From assembly GCA_029838195.1 (NCBI GenBank), contig JALGVJ010000009.1, forward strand, positions 29,126 to 93,125: a stretch of DNA of 64,000 nucleotides. Direction: 5' to 3'. The DNA is from Promethearchaeota archaeon (GTDB lineage: Archaea; Asgardarchaeota; Lokiarchaeia; Sigyniarchaeales; SOKP01). The notes below the pieces were generated by a model. That model worked only from the letters and a program-made list of their open reading frames with translations, made no database searches and had not been told where the DNA came from. A program made the position numbers and the translations under genes. This document shows, in pieces, positions 27,999 to 36,682 of this stretch (within the stretch, counting starts at the first letter, position 1; each line of letters opens with the position of its first letter).

Positions 27999-29138
27999 AT
28001 GGATGCAATTGCTGAATATCTGATCAAGATAAAGGATTTTCAAGAATTATTATCTACTCTTTTAGAGCAGAAAGTAGTAGATAAGGTACTTGGCGCAAAA
28101 TTGAAGGTTGATAAAAAATCGGGGGGAATTAACCGTTTTACGGTCGTACCAGAAGCGGTTTCTGATCCCAATGGAGTGTCAGGTTTTCCCTTGACGGCGC
28201 TTTTAGCCTATGGATATGCCCGAACGGATTCTGCGGCAAAGTACGTGCACAAATCACTTCAAGGAGCGAAGGAAGAAAAAATAGGTATTATTGCGAGACC
28301 CTGTGATACGCGGGCGCTCATTGAATTGGCTAAATTAAAACAAGTAAATTTGGAAAACATTTTCATCATTGCATTTGAAGACAGGGGCACGGTTCCGAAG
28401 GCTTCCAGAGAGATCAAGAAAATAAAGGATGTGGATCCTTCGAAAATCGTAAAAGAGAAAGTAGAAGATGGTGGCCTCCTCGTTCAGTTAGAGGATGGTA
28501 CTACTAAACTGTTGAATCTCACGATTGCGGAGAATTGCTTGCGATGTTATCGGAAAAAACCGGTCATGGCAGATTTATCCATTAGCGATTTGGGAATTCC
28601 TATAGAATCCGATGAAATTATCTTAAAAGTATATTCTGAAAAAGGAAATGATGTGTTAGAAAAATCGGGAATACAGAAAAATCCAATTTCGGATCAAGTG
28701 AAAAATGCTCACGAAACTAAATATAAAGAAATCATTGAAAAAGCACGGGAAAAGCGAGCAAAAGATTTGGAGGAATGGGCAAATCTTCCTCAAGAAAAAA
28801 AGATCGAACTCTTGAAAAAATGTACTGCTTGCGGAACATGTATTCGTGGATGTCCTGTTTGTTATTGCGTGGATTGCATATTAATGAAGAAAAGAAAAGA
28901 AAAGTCAATCGATACTGTGAGTTATCAATTAACCCGCATAGCACATGATGCAGATCGATGCGTGGAATGTGGAAATTGTGATAATAATTGTCCAATGAAC
29001 ATTCCTCTTTCCTTATACTTTCAATCGTTAAATGATGCCTTCAAGGAAAAGTTTGACTATGAACCCGGCATGTCTATAGAAGATATTCCTTTTCGATCCG
29101 GGATGGCAATAAAGAAAATGGAATTAGAAAAAGCATGA
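27999..29138 (+). CDS. Fe-S oxidoreductase subunit (FrhB/AsrA-like, 4Fe-4S dicluster with a CPxCxC motif)
   Basis: It has IGIIARPCDTRAL, CTACGTCIRGCPVCYCVDC and CVECGNCDNNCPMNIP. The ATG at 27999 (MDAIAEY) is preferred to the TTG at 27954. Confidence 0.5.
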   Translation: MDAIAEYLIKIKDFQELLSTLLEQKVVDKVLGAKLKVDKKSGGINRFTVVPEAVSDPNGVSGFPLTALLAYGYARTDSAAKYVHKSLQGAKEEKIGIIARPCDTRALIELAKLKQVNLENIFIIAFEDRGTVPKASREIKKIKDVDPSKIVKEKVEDGGLLVQLEDGTTKLLNLTIAENCLRCYRKKPVMADLSISDLGIPIESDEIILKVYSEKGNDVLEKSGIQKNPISDQVKNAHETKYKEIIEKAREKRAKDLEEWANLPQEKKIELLKKCTACGTCIRGCPVCYCVDCILMKKRKEKSIDTVSYQLTRIAHDADRCVECGNCDNNCPMNIPLSLYFQSLNDAFKEKFDYEPGMSIEDIPFRSGMAIKKMELEKA

Positions 29139-29229
29139 CGTTTTTTTTTAATTTTTTTTCATTCATGCGAAAAATTAAAATAGAAAGATTAAAATAAAAT
29201 TAAATAAAACACAAGGCTAAATAAAAAAA

Positions 29230-30003
29230 ATGAGTCTTCCCTCAAAAAAAGCAATTCAAGTGGATGAAAATATCACGGATTATCAATATAAGATGCTAAA
29301 CTTAGAAATGGTGCTCCGATACGACGATACCAAATGCCTAGAATGTGGATTTTGCCACAGAGTCTGTCCCGTGACCACGCAAATAGTAGACGGAAAAGAA
29401 GTACCTTTGAAAAGAACTGCGATCGGCACGCCCGAGCAAATGAATATCAAATCTGATAAGAAGACCGTCGTGGATTTAGACAAATGCATTTGGTGTGGCT
29501 CTTGCACGTGGATCTGCCCAGGGTATACGCTAGAATTATTCATTGATGGACAAAAAAAGTTATTATTGGTGGAGAATGGATCTCTTCCCGAATTTGAGGA
29601 AGAAATACGAGAATTAGAAGATGGCAGGAAAGTTAGGAAAGTGGTGGAAGGGAGTATTAAGATCACGTGCAATGAAACAGATGAAAAGATAATTGAAAAT
29701 TTTGTCGACGAGTGTGCCGTGGGTGCCATGAGTAGAAAAGAAAAAGACATTGAAGTAGATATAAACAAGTGTATTTTATGTTTTAAATGCACAGAAGCTT
29801 CAAAGAATTATGAAAACATCAGCGTGGAAGTCCATAGGGATCGCTTTAAACAGGTAAAGGGCGAACCGGGATCCGTATGGAATGGTATCATGTTGCGGGT
29901 ATTAGGAAAAGAAGGTAAGATTAAGGGCATTATTAGTCGCACTCAAAATAAACTTGCGGATGCTGTAATGCGGCTATTAGGAAGAGAATTTATTGAAGAG
30001 TAA
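29230..30003 (+). CDS. Polyferredoxin-like 4Fe-4S protein
   Basis: It has CLECGFCHRVCP, CIWCGSCTWICP and CILCFKCTE cluster motifs. Confidence 0.6.
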   Translation: MSLPSKKAIQVDENITDYQYKMLNLEMVLRYDDTKCLECGFCHRVCPVTTQIVDGKEVPLKRTAIGTPEQMNIKSDKKTVVDLDKCIWCGSCTWICPGYTLELFIDGQKKLLLVENGSLPEFEEEIRELEDGRKVRKVVEGSIKITCNETDEKIIENFVDECAVGAMSRKEKDIEVDINKCILCFKCTEASKNYENISVEVHRDRFKQVKGEPGSVWNGIMLRVLGKEGKIKGIISRTQNKLADAVMRLLGREFIEE

Positions 30004-30056
30004 AAAATTTCTACATTTTTTCATTCTTATTTTTTTATTTGAAATTTTAGAATGTC

Positions 30057-30647
30057 TTAACTTTTTACCCTGTTTCTATACAAGGTAGGGTCAATAGCTT
30101 TTAACATTTTGTCCACGTCTAGAGGGAGATTTAAAAATTCCATGATTCGTTTAATTTGAGGGATGGGGTCCTGAATCATATCGGAGTAATTTACTTTGAG
30201 AACCTCGATATTTTCATTTTCGTCCATCCATAGCTCAACGTTATTTAGTTCTTTATTGAAAATTTCGATCATCTCAGGAGGATAGCCATTTTCTTCTTCA
30301 CCGAGCATTTTTTGTTGCGATCGCATTATTTCTTCCATGTTTCTGTTCATGAAGATGATTTTATAGTTAAATTCCATGGGGAGATGTTTTAATAAGTGAG
30401 ATATGACTTTTACGACCTTTCCTCGTGCTTCTCTAATGATGGAATTATCCTTATCCAATCTTTTTATGGCGTCTAATTCATAATATCCTTTGGGATTGCT
30501 GTGATCTGCTTGGCGTTTATGATCCGATAAGATTTCCAATCCACCAGCTTCTAGCACCTGCATCATCATACTTGTACCCGATCTGGGAAGACCTGAAACG
30601 ATGATAATGGTATTCTCTAATATCTTATGCATGTTTTGGTCATTCAT
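30057..30647 (-). CDS. Sulfotransferase-family protein
   Basis: 196 aa with an N-terminal PAPS-binding-type loop IIVSGLPRSGTSMMM. Size and pattern fit the small sulfotransferases. Confidence 0.6.
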   Translation of the reverse strand: MNDQNMHKILENTIIIVSGLPRSGTSMMMQVLEAGGLEILSDHKRQADHSNPKGYYELDAIKRLDKDNSIIREARGKVVKVISHLLKHLPMEFNYKIIFMNRNMEEIMRSQQKMLGEEENGYPPEMIEIFNKELNNVELWMDENENIEVLKVNYSDMIQDPIPQIKRIMEFLNLPLDVDKMLKAIDPTLYRNRVKS

Positions 30648-31038
30648 GATATAGTTCTAACATATTTGGTTAACTTAGATGAAATGGCAATCCATTTCAA
30701 GAATTTATTATAATAGTGGAAAATCATTCTAATATTTTTAACTTTTTTACTTCCATCATTTCAGAGTTTTCATGAATTTCCCGCTAATTTTAAGAGGGTA
30801 TCACTCCCACCAATTATTTTGTTATTTTAGCAATTTTAAGAATTGAAAAAAGAAAGAGATAATTCACTGGCGCCCTAATCACGTTAAAAGTGAAATTTTT
30901 TATGAAATTTATTGAAATTTTTTAAGATCTTTTTTAAAATCATACTTAGGAGAGTTGAGAAATTTTTCAAATTCAAGAATGGTAAATGGCATTTAAATAG
31001 CATAAAATGATAGAGTGTTTAATAAAAAGTTTGCTAAG

Positions 31039-31161
31039 ATGGGATTTCTTTATATTTGTATTAAATGTGGACGTCCTCATGACGTATTTCACATGAGTTC
31101 CGGAGAAATAAAAATTCGATGCATGTGTCGTTCTTGTCTCGAAAGTAAACAGCATTTTTAG
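31039..31161 (+). CDS. Candidate 40-aa C4 zinc-ribbon micro-protein (below the track threshold)
   Basis: Hand translation gives MGFLYICIKCGRPHDVFHMSSGEIKIRCMCRSCLESKQHF*, i.e. CxxC-x19-CxxC with one extra Cys. A TTTAAATA TATA-box-like motif lies at 30992-30999, about 40 nt upstream. The spacing is reminiscent of RpoP/Rpb12, but the C-terminus is too short for confidence. Confidence 0.3.
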   Translation: MGFLYICIKCGRPHDVFHMSSGEIKIRCMCRSCLESKQHF

Positions 31162-31627
31162 AATGAGGTGAGATATAATACGATAAGAATTTACAAGCTA
31201 ATTTCAAATTTTAATTATTTTTTCTCTTCTCGTCTAAAACTTTTTCTCTTATTTTGATGATTTTAAAAACACGAGTTAAGTTAAAGAATAGCTTCTATGA
31301 TTTCTTATAAAGTGTTATTATCATGCCTAAATAAATTAAGTGGTTGATAAAACATCCAAAAAATAAAATTTGAAATTAATCTCAGACCCTATTATTTAGC
31401 AACATGAATAAATGGAGCACAATCATCAGTTTCTTAAAAAAAAAAAGATGAGTTAGAAACATAAAGAGAAGATTGATTTAAAATTTAACCAGTAAGTGAG
31501 AAATTTTCTCAGTGTACTCATTTATGGAAAAACTAAAAAATTAATAAATTAACCTTCACATTCTAGACTTGATATCTTCGATATTAAAAATTCATAATAA
31601 AAAAGAAAAGCGAAGAGAGTGAAAATA

Positions 31628-32632
31628 ATGAAGAAAGTTATGATAAACGGGTTCGGGAGAATTGGACGCAATTTTTTTAGAGCAGTATGGCAGAATTGGA
31701 AAAATGACATCGAAATTGTGTATATAAATGATCTGTTTGAACCAAAATATCTGGCGTACGTGTTGAAATATGATACAGTATTTGGAAGATTCGCGGGAAG
31801 CATTGAAGCTAAAGAAAAATCATTGATAATTGATGGCAAAGAAATTCCTGTTACTGCTGAGAGAGATCCTGCTAATTTACCACATTCTGAAAATAATATT
31901 GATGTGGCAGTAGAATCCACGGGTTTTTTTGTTAAAAGAGATGGAGCCAAGAAGCATTTGGATGCTGGAGCTAAAAAAGTATTGATCTCTGCTCCTGCTG
32001 TCGATCCGGACATCACGGTTGTTCTTGGATGTAATGATGACAAACTGACAGATGAACATAAAATCATATCAAACGCTTCTTGTACGACTAATTGTTTGGC
32101 ACCAGTAGTAAAGGTTTTGAACGATAATTTTGGAATTTCTCACGGTATAATGACGACCATTCATTCTTTAACCGGAAATCAAAAACCAGTCGATACAGCA
32201 ATGGCAGGGGCTCCTATTAAGATGACTAGGGGGCGTGCTGCCGCTGCTAATTTAGTGCCAACTTCTACGGGAGCTGCTAAAGCAATTGGGCTTGTTTTCC
32301 CTGAATTGCAAGGAAGATTGGATGGCATTGCTATTCGTGCTCCTACTCTCGACGGAAGCGTGGTGGATGGTAAATTCGTGTTAAATAAGGCTGTATCTGC
32401 GGCAGAGGTTAATGAGAAAATGAAACAGGCAGCAGAAGGTCCTTTAAAAGGTATTTTAGAATACACGGAAGATCCCATTGTAAGTTCTGATATTATTGGT
32501 AATCCCGCCAGTTCTATTTTCTGTGGAATATTTACTAATTGCATTGACAATCTCTGTTCAGTTCTAAGCTGGTATGATAATGAATGGGGGTATTCTAACC
32601 GATTGGCAGAATTAATTGTAAAAAAATTATAA
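31628..32632 (+). CDS. gap: Glyceraldehyde-3-phosphate dehydrogenase, class I (bacterial/eukaryotic type)
   Basis: It has NGFGRIGRNFFRA, the active site SNASCTTNCLAP, and WYDNEWGYSNR. The ATG at 31628 (MKKVMINGFG) is preferred to the GTG at 31619. Confidence 0.9.
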   Translation: MKKVMINGFGRIGRNFFRAVWQNWKNDIEIVYINDLFEPKYLAYVLKYDTVFGRFAGSIEAKEKSLIIDGKEIPVTAERDPANLPHSENNIDVAVESTGFFVKRDGAKKHLDAGAKKVLISAPAVDPDITVVLGCNDDKLTDEHKIISNASCTTNCLAPVVKVLNDNFGISHGIMTTIHSLTGNQKPVDTAMAGAPIKMTRGRAAAANLVPTSTGAAKAIGLVFPELQGRLDGIAIRAPTLDGSVVDGKFVLNKAVSAAEVNEKMKQAAEGPLKGILEYTEDPIVSSDIIGNPASSIFCGIFTNCIDNLCSVLSWYDNEWGYSNRLAELIVKKL

Positions 32633-32725
32633 TATCATTAATTCTTTTTTTTCCTTTTCCTATTTTTCTTATTATCAATTTCTAAAGAGATTTATCCCTT
32701 GCGTTATCTAAATGACATATTTTGA

Positions 32726-33004
32726 TTGAAATCGAGCTTCTTGCTCTTATATTTTTTCCATTCTAACAAGAGATGTTCTAGTCTAAAGTTAGATACATTG
32801 ATAATTCACGTGGAAAAAGCTCATGTAGAGCATGAAGGAGCGTATCAAGCAATTAATAATTTATTTTTGAAACATTGTTGTAAGGAAGGAGTTAAATACG
32901 TGAATGGAGAGCAAGATTTAGGAATTTCGGGAATTAGAAAAGCCAAACTTTCTTATAAACCACATCACATGGTTAAAAAATACATTATTTATAAAAAATC
33001 GTGA
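32726..33004 (+). pseudogene. Probable gene fragment: C-terminal piece of a DUF2156/GNAT-type (lysyl-PG-synthase C-domain-like) protein
   Basis: The 92-aa TTG-started ORF ends YVNGEQDLGISGIRKAKLSYKPHHMVKKY, which matches the conserved C-terminal block of DUF2156 proteins as I recall it. The N-terminal 40 aa are low-complexity and non-homologous. Confidence 0.3.
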
Positions 33005-33140
33005 AAATATCCTTATGAACGGATGATCTCTTCATTCTAAAACATTTATATGCTACGATTTAGATGTTTATCATGGAGATTAAAAATTAATCTAAGAAGA
33101 ATTTATATTTATAAAAAAATACGGGGTATCTTGAGAAATC

Positions 33141-35033
33141 ATGAATGATCAAGAAATGCCGGAAAAAGAATCAAGCGAACCTGTCGGCAGGTTAACCGGA
33201 AAGACTACAACCCATTCGGCTACCATGCTAATTAAAGACCCAAAGGTGGGTAAGAATAATTATTTTGTATTATATGGGCATGAGGGTAAAGAAGGCGAGC
33301 AAGAGTACTATATATTAACCGTTGAGGATATTTGGAATGATTCAGAAGGAATTAAAGCGAACGTAAAAATAATAGGAAATCGGCCTAATCGGCCTTTTGA
33401 TATAGGCTCTGATGTATACCTCGCAACAGATGAACAAATTAAAAAAATATTGGGGATCGATAATCCTCCGAATCAATCAGTCTCCTTGGGTACTCTTTTA
33501 GGGTATGATTTTAATGTTAATCTTTTAGTTAAAAAAATAGGGCGGGTTTTCATCACGGGCAAGTCCGGATCAGGAAAGAGCTACACGATGGGTGTATTAT
33601 GTGAAGAATTCCTTCAAAAAGGCATACCCATCGTGATATTAGACCGTCATGGAGAGTATGGGAGTTTGAAAGTATCAAGTGATGAATTAACACCTCTTGA
33701 AAAGGAGGAAAAGCAAGAAGTCGAGGTGGGAGAAAGGGATGAATCCGGACTCTGTCCTTGGTGTGGTTCTTCCATTCCATTAGATGCCAAAATTTGTGAA
33801 TTTTGTGGAAAAGAGCTCGTAGCGGAATTCGATAAAACATCCAACGAAGGCCAAACGCAAGAAGCCATCCACGAAAAAACGTCAGAAAAAAGGGGGTCCA
33901 CCCCTCAAAAAGAAGCTTTAGAAAGTCCTTTTGTGAATAGTATCATTGAATATGCAGATCTAAAAAAGAATCGGGGTGGAGATATTGATCTTGAATATCT
34001 TTTTTCACTAGACGTGAAGGATATCGTGGCTCCCAGATTATGTACAATTGTGAACTTGCGTGGATTAGACTTGGAAGTTCAAGAACAAATCGCCGGTAAG
34101 CTTCTCAAAAAATTATATCAAGCTAGCACGGAAGGAAAAATCCCGCCATTCTACTTATTTTTAGATGAAGCCCATTTATTTGCCGGGAAAAAAACCAGCG
34201 AAACTTCAGAAATAGTAAAACTTTTTGCTCAAGAGGGGCGAAAATTTGGTGCAAATATTATCATTGGAACTCAGAGACCCCAGCTTCTCGATACCACGAT
34301 TCGAGCTCAAGCCGGAACGTGGATAGTCCATAATTTGTCGGATGTTAGAGATATCGATATCACGATTTCCAGTGCGGAAGATTTGAGTAAAGAACATAAA
34401 AACGATATTTCGGGTCTGGATAAAGGACAGGCAATTATTAGCGGAGAAGCGGTTTCCGGGATCCCTCTATTAGTGCAAGTGAGAAGAAGAAAAACTAAAC
34501 ACGGAGGAACTGGATTTAATCCATTGGATTTTCTTTCGGAAGAGACCATTGAAGAGCTTCAAAAGAGAAAAGAAAGGATATTAGCGAAAAAATCTTCAGA
34601 AGAATTACAAGTAGGTCGCACGATGTTTGAAGAAATGCAAAAGCCCCGGACTGTTGAAGAATCCTTGGAAGAAATCGCTCAATTGAAAGTAAGATTGAAG
34701 GAATTGGAAGAAGAAAATGACATGCTAAAAGCAAAATGTAATGAATTAGAACGGAAAACGCCCGCCGGATCCATTAGTTCCAGGGCAGAAAACGAAAAAA
34801 TAAAGGAATTACAGACCCAGATAAAAGTATGGCAAGAAAAATATAATCATTTAAAAAAATCCATGGAAACCTCGGAGCCTTCCACTTTCACAGAAACTAA
34901 TGATCAACTGAGAGAACTTAATAATAAAATTATTGAATTACAAGCAGAACTTAAAAAATACAAGGAGAAATACACGGATGCGCTTCTTTTAGCGGAAAAA
35001 TCAATTGCAGAATTGAAAAAATTAAAACGCTAA
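33141..35033 (+). CDS. HerA/DUF87-family ATPase with an inserted Zn-ribbon and a C-terminal coiled coil
   Basis: It has Walker A ITGKSGSGKSYT, ILDRHGEY, Walker B FYLFLDEAHLF, and GRKFGANIIIGTQRP. The insert carries CPWCGSSIPLDAKICEFCG. The last ~130 aa are heptad-rich (LKELEEENDMLKAK...). Confidence 0.75.
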   Translation: MNDQEMPEKESSEPVGRLTGKTTTHSATMLIKDPKVGKNNYFVLYGHEGKEGEQEYYILTVEDIWNDSEGIKANVKIIGNRPNRPFDIGSDVYLATDEQIKKILGIDNPPNQSVSLGTLLGYDFNVNLLVKKIGRVFITGKSGSGKSYTMGVLCEEFLQKGIPIVILDRHGEYGSLKVSSDELTPLEKEEKQEVEVGERDESGLCPWCGSSIPLDAKICEFCGKELVAEFDKTSNEGQTQEAIHEKTSEKRGSTPQKEALESPFVNSIIEYADLKKNRGGDIDLEYLFSLDVKDIVAPRLCTIVNLRGLDLEVQEQIAGKLLKKLYQASTEGKIPPFYLFLDEAHLFAGKKTSETSEIVKLFAQEGRKFGANIIIGTQRPQLLDTTIRAQAGTWIVHNLSDVRDIDITISSAEDLSKEHKNDISGLDKGQAIISGEAVSGIPLLVQVRRRKTKHGGTGFNPLDFLSEETIEELQKRKERILAKKSSEELQVGRTMFEEMQKPRTVEESLEEIAQLKVRLKELEEENDMLKAKCNELERKTPAGSISSRAENEKIKELQTQIKVWQEKYNHLKKSMETSEPSTFTETNDQLRELNNKIIELQAELKKYKEKYTDALLLAEKSIAELKKLKR

Positions 35034-35072
35034 TATTGCTCTGATTTTTTGTTTAAAATGAAATGGCTTAAT
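34761..35072. repeat. Direct repeat copy A (312 bp): the 3' end of the HerA-like gene plus 39 nt downstream
   Basis: Hand alignment to 36026-36337 shows 6 mismatches in 312 nt, at 34782, 34850, 34860, 34874, 34898 and 34994. Confidence 0.9.
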
Positions 35073-35115
35073 TAAGAAGAAAAGAAAAAATGGAATAATG
35101 ATGAGAATATTTATT

Positions 35116-35237
35116 ATAAGAAAATTTAATAATAGAACATGTTTGTAAACATTAACTAATCATTTTTAATAAAAGATAAAAAATGAAAATGGAAAGATAA
35201 AATTTAGAGCCTCATTCTTTAACCATTGAAAACCTAA
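35116..35237. repeat. Diverged (~80%) copy of the P-type ATPase promoter/5' end, with a decayed start (ATG GAA AGA TAA at 35189-35200)
   Basis: Hand alignment to 36616-36731. The shared blocks are AGAAAATTTAATAAT, ACATTAACTAA, ATGGAAAGA and CTCATTCTTTAAC. Confidence 0.6.
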
Positions 35238-35323
35238 AAAATTTGATTAATTTTACTATATTATCCAAATATTTTGGACAAAGCGAGTTAATTATAAATA
35301 TGTGTATGAATATGTGTAAATTG

Positions 35324-35563
35324 ATGACTTCTAAAAATATTAGTATACGGGAAGATGTCTATAATAAATTAATAAAAATTAAGAGAGAAAAGGAAAGTTT
35401 TTCGGATTTATTTTTGCGATTATTAAAAACACAAAAAATGAATCTTAAAAAATCATTTGGGGCTTGGCAGCTTACTGAAAAGGAAAAACAGGAAATTTGG
35501 AATGATATTACGAATCGGCCTGGAAGAAAATGGAATAAATCAAAATTAGATCAAGTAAAATGA
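35324..35563 (+). CDS. vapB: VapB-type antitoxin (COG1753/PF02697-like)
   Basis: MTSKNISIREDVYNKLIKIKREKESFSDLFLRLL fits the archaeal VapB pattern. There is a 4-nt ATGA overlap with the PIN gene. The ATG at 35324 is preferred to the TTG at 35243. Confidence 0.65.
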   Translation: MTSKNISIREDVYNKLIKIKREKESFSDLFLRLLKTQKMNLKKSFGAWQLTEKEKQEIWNDITNRPGRKWNKSKLDQVK

Positions 35564-35967
35564 TTGTTCTTGATACAACAGCTTGTATTGATTATTTAAA
35601 CGGTAATGAGAATATCTGGAATCTAATTTCAAAAATCGAAGGTCTTTTTTATATTACGTCCATTACGATATATGAAATTAATATTGGATTAGAAAGAACA
35701 AAAATAAAAATATCAGAGAAAAGATATAATGAACTTAATAAGAGATGGCTTGAATTTATTAGTGGAATAGAAGTTCTTCCCTTAAATATTAAAGAAGCCT
35801 TGGAGGCTGCAAGAATATATAATAGATTAGAATCTAAAGGAAAAATCATTGATGATAACGATATTCTTATAATGGGAATAATGCTATCAAACGGTTTTAG
35901 AAAAATTATTACAAGAAATGTCAAGCATTTTAAATTAATTAAGGAAATTGAAGTTTTAACCTATTAA
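35560..35967 (+). CDS. vapC: PIN-domain ribonuclease toxin VapC
   Basis: 135 aa with acidic PIN residues in MIVLDTTACIDYL, ..ITIYEI.., ..DDNDILI.., and ..ITRNVKHF. Confidence 0.85.
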   Translation: MIVLDTTACIDYLNGNENIWNLISKIEGLFYITSITIYEINIGLERTKIKISEKRYNELNKRWLEFISGIEVLPLNIKEALEAARIYNRLESKGKIIDDNDILIMGIMLSNGFRKIITRNVKHFKLIKEIEVLTY

Positions 35968-36025
35968 ATAATAATGCAAACCATATTTTGTAAACTTAAT
36001 ATCTCAGAAATAGGGAAACTAAACA

Positions 36026-36337
36026 CCCGCCGGATCCATTAGTTCCGGGGCAGAAAACGAAAAAATAAAGGAATTACAGACCCAGATAAAAGTATGGCAA
36101 GAAAAATATAATCACTTAAAAAAAACCATGGAAACCTCAGAGCCTTCCACTTTCACAGAAACCAATGATCAACTGAGAGAACTTAATAATAAAATTATTG
36201 AATTACAAGCAGAACTTAAAAAATACAAGGAGAAATACACGGATGCGCTTCTTTTAGCAGAAAAATCAATTGCAGAATTGAAAAAATTAAAACGCTAATA
36301 TTGCTCTGATTTTTTGTTTAAAATGAAATGGCTTAAT
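36026..36337. repeat. Direct repeat copy B (312 bp): a promoterless, 5'-truncated duplicate of the HerA-like 3' end (91 codons to the same TAA at 36296-36298) plus 39 nt
   Basis: See copy A; the offset is 1265 nt. No start codon or upstream coding continuity, so it is a gene fragment. Confidence 0.9.
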
Positions 36338-36682
36338 GCATGCGAACATGTTGTTCTTAATTCTTAGAATTTTTATTTTTCTCTTCTGAATTATGAATTC
36401 AATGGTTTATTTTTTTAGTTTCATTATTCTTTGGAAATATTGAACCAGAATGGGAATTTTATGCTGTTCTTTTTTTTTAAGTGCCCATGGGTAAAAATTA
36501 AGAAGAATTATATGAAATTTCAAATTTTAATTTAAACGAATATAACCCTCCTCCAGTGAAATTAAATAAATAGGGAAGTAAAAATTGAATGATAATGATA
36601 CTATAATAGATTATCATGAGAAAATTTAATAATGGACCTTGTTTTAAAACATTAACTAACAATTTTCAACAATAGATACAAC

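Noticed and set aside
30973-31155. 60-aa minus-strand ORF in the long spacer
   Set aside because: It has no motifs and no RBS or TATA, and it is antisense to a TATA-preceded zinc-ribbon micro-ORF that is at least structurally plausible.
33720-33900. Intein or mobile insertion inside the HerA-like ATPase
   Set aside because: The insert is short (~60 aa), acidic, carries a simple CxxC...CxxC ribbon, and lacks intein splice-junction or homing-endonuclease motifs.
35243-35323. The TTG at 35243 as the vapB start (106-aa product)
   Set aside because: The first 27 codons (MINFTILSKYFGQSELIINMCMNMCKL) are not part of the conserved antitoxin fold and overlap the decayed ATPase-promoter copy. The ATG at 35324 gives a typical ~79-aa VapB.
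35073-36025. Calling the vapBC segment a mobile element (IS, integrative element)
   Set aside because: I recognised no transposase, integrase, terminal inverted repeats or tRNA target. The flanking repeats are long host-gene duplications rather than short target-site duplications. It is reported as a finding, not annotated as mobile_element.
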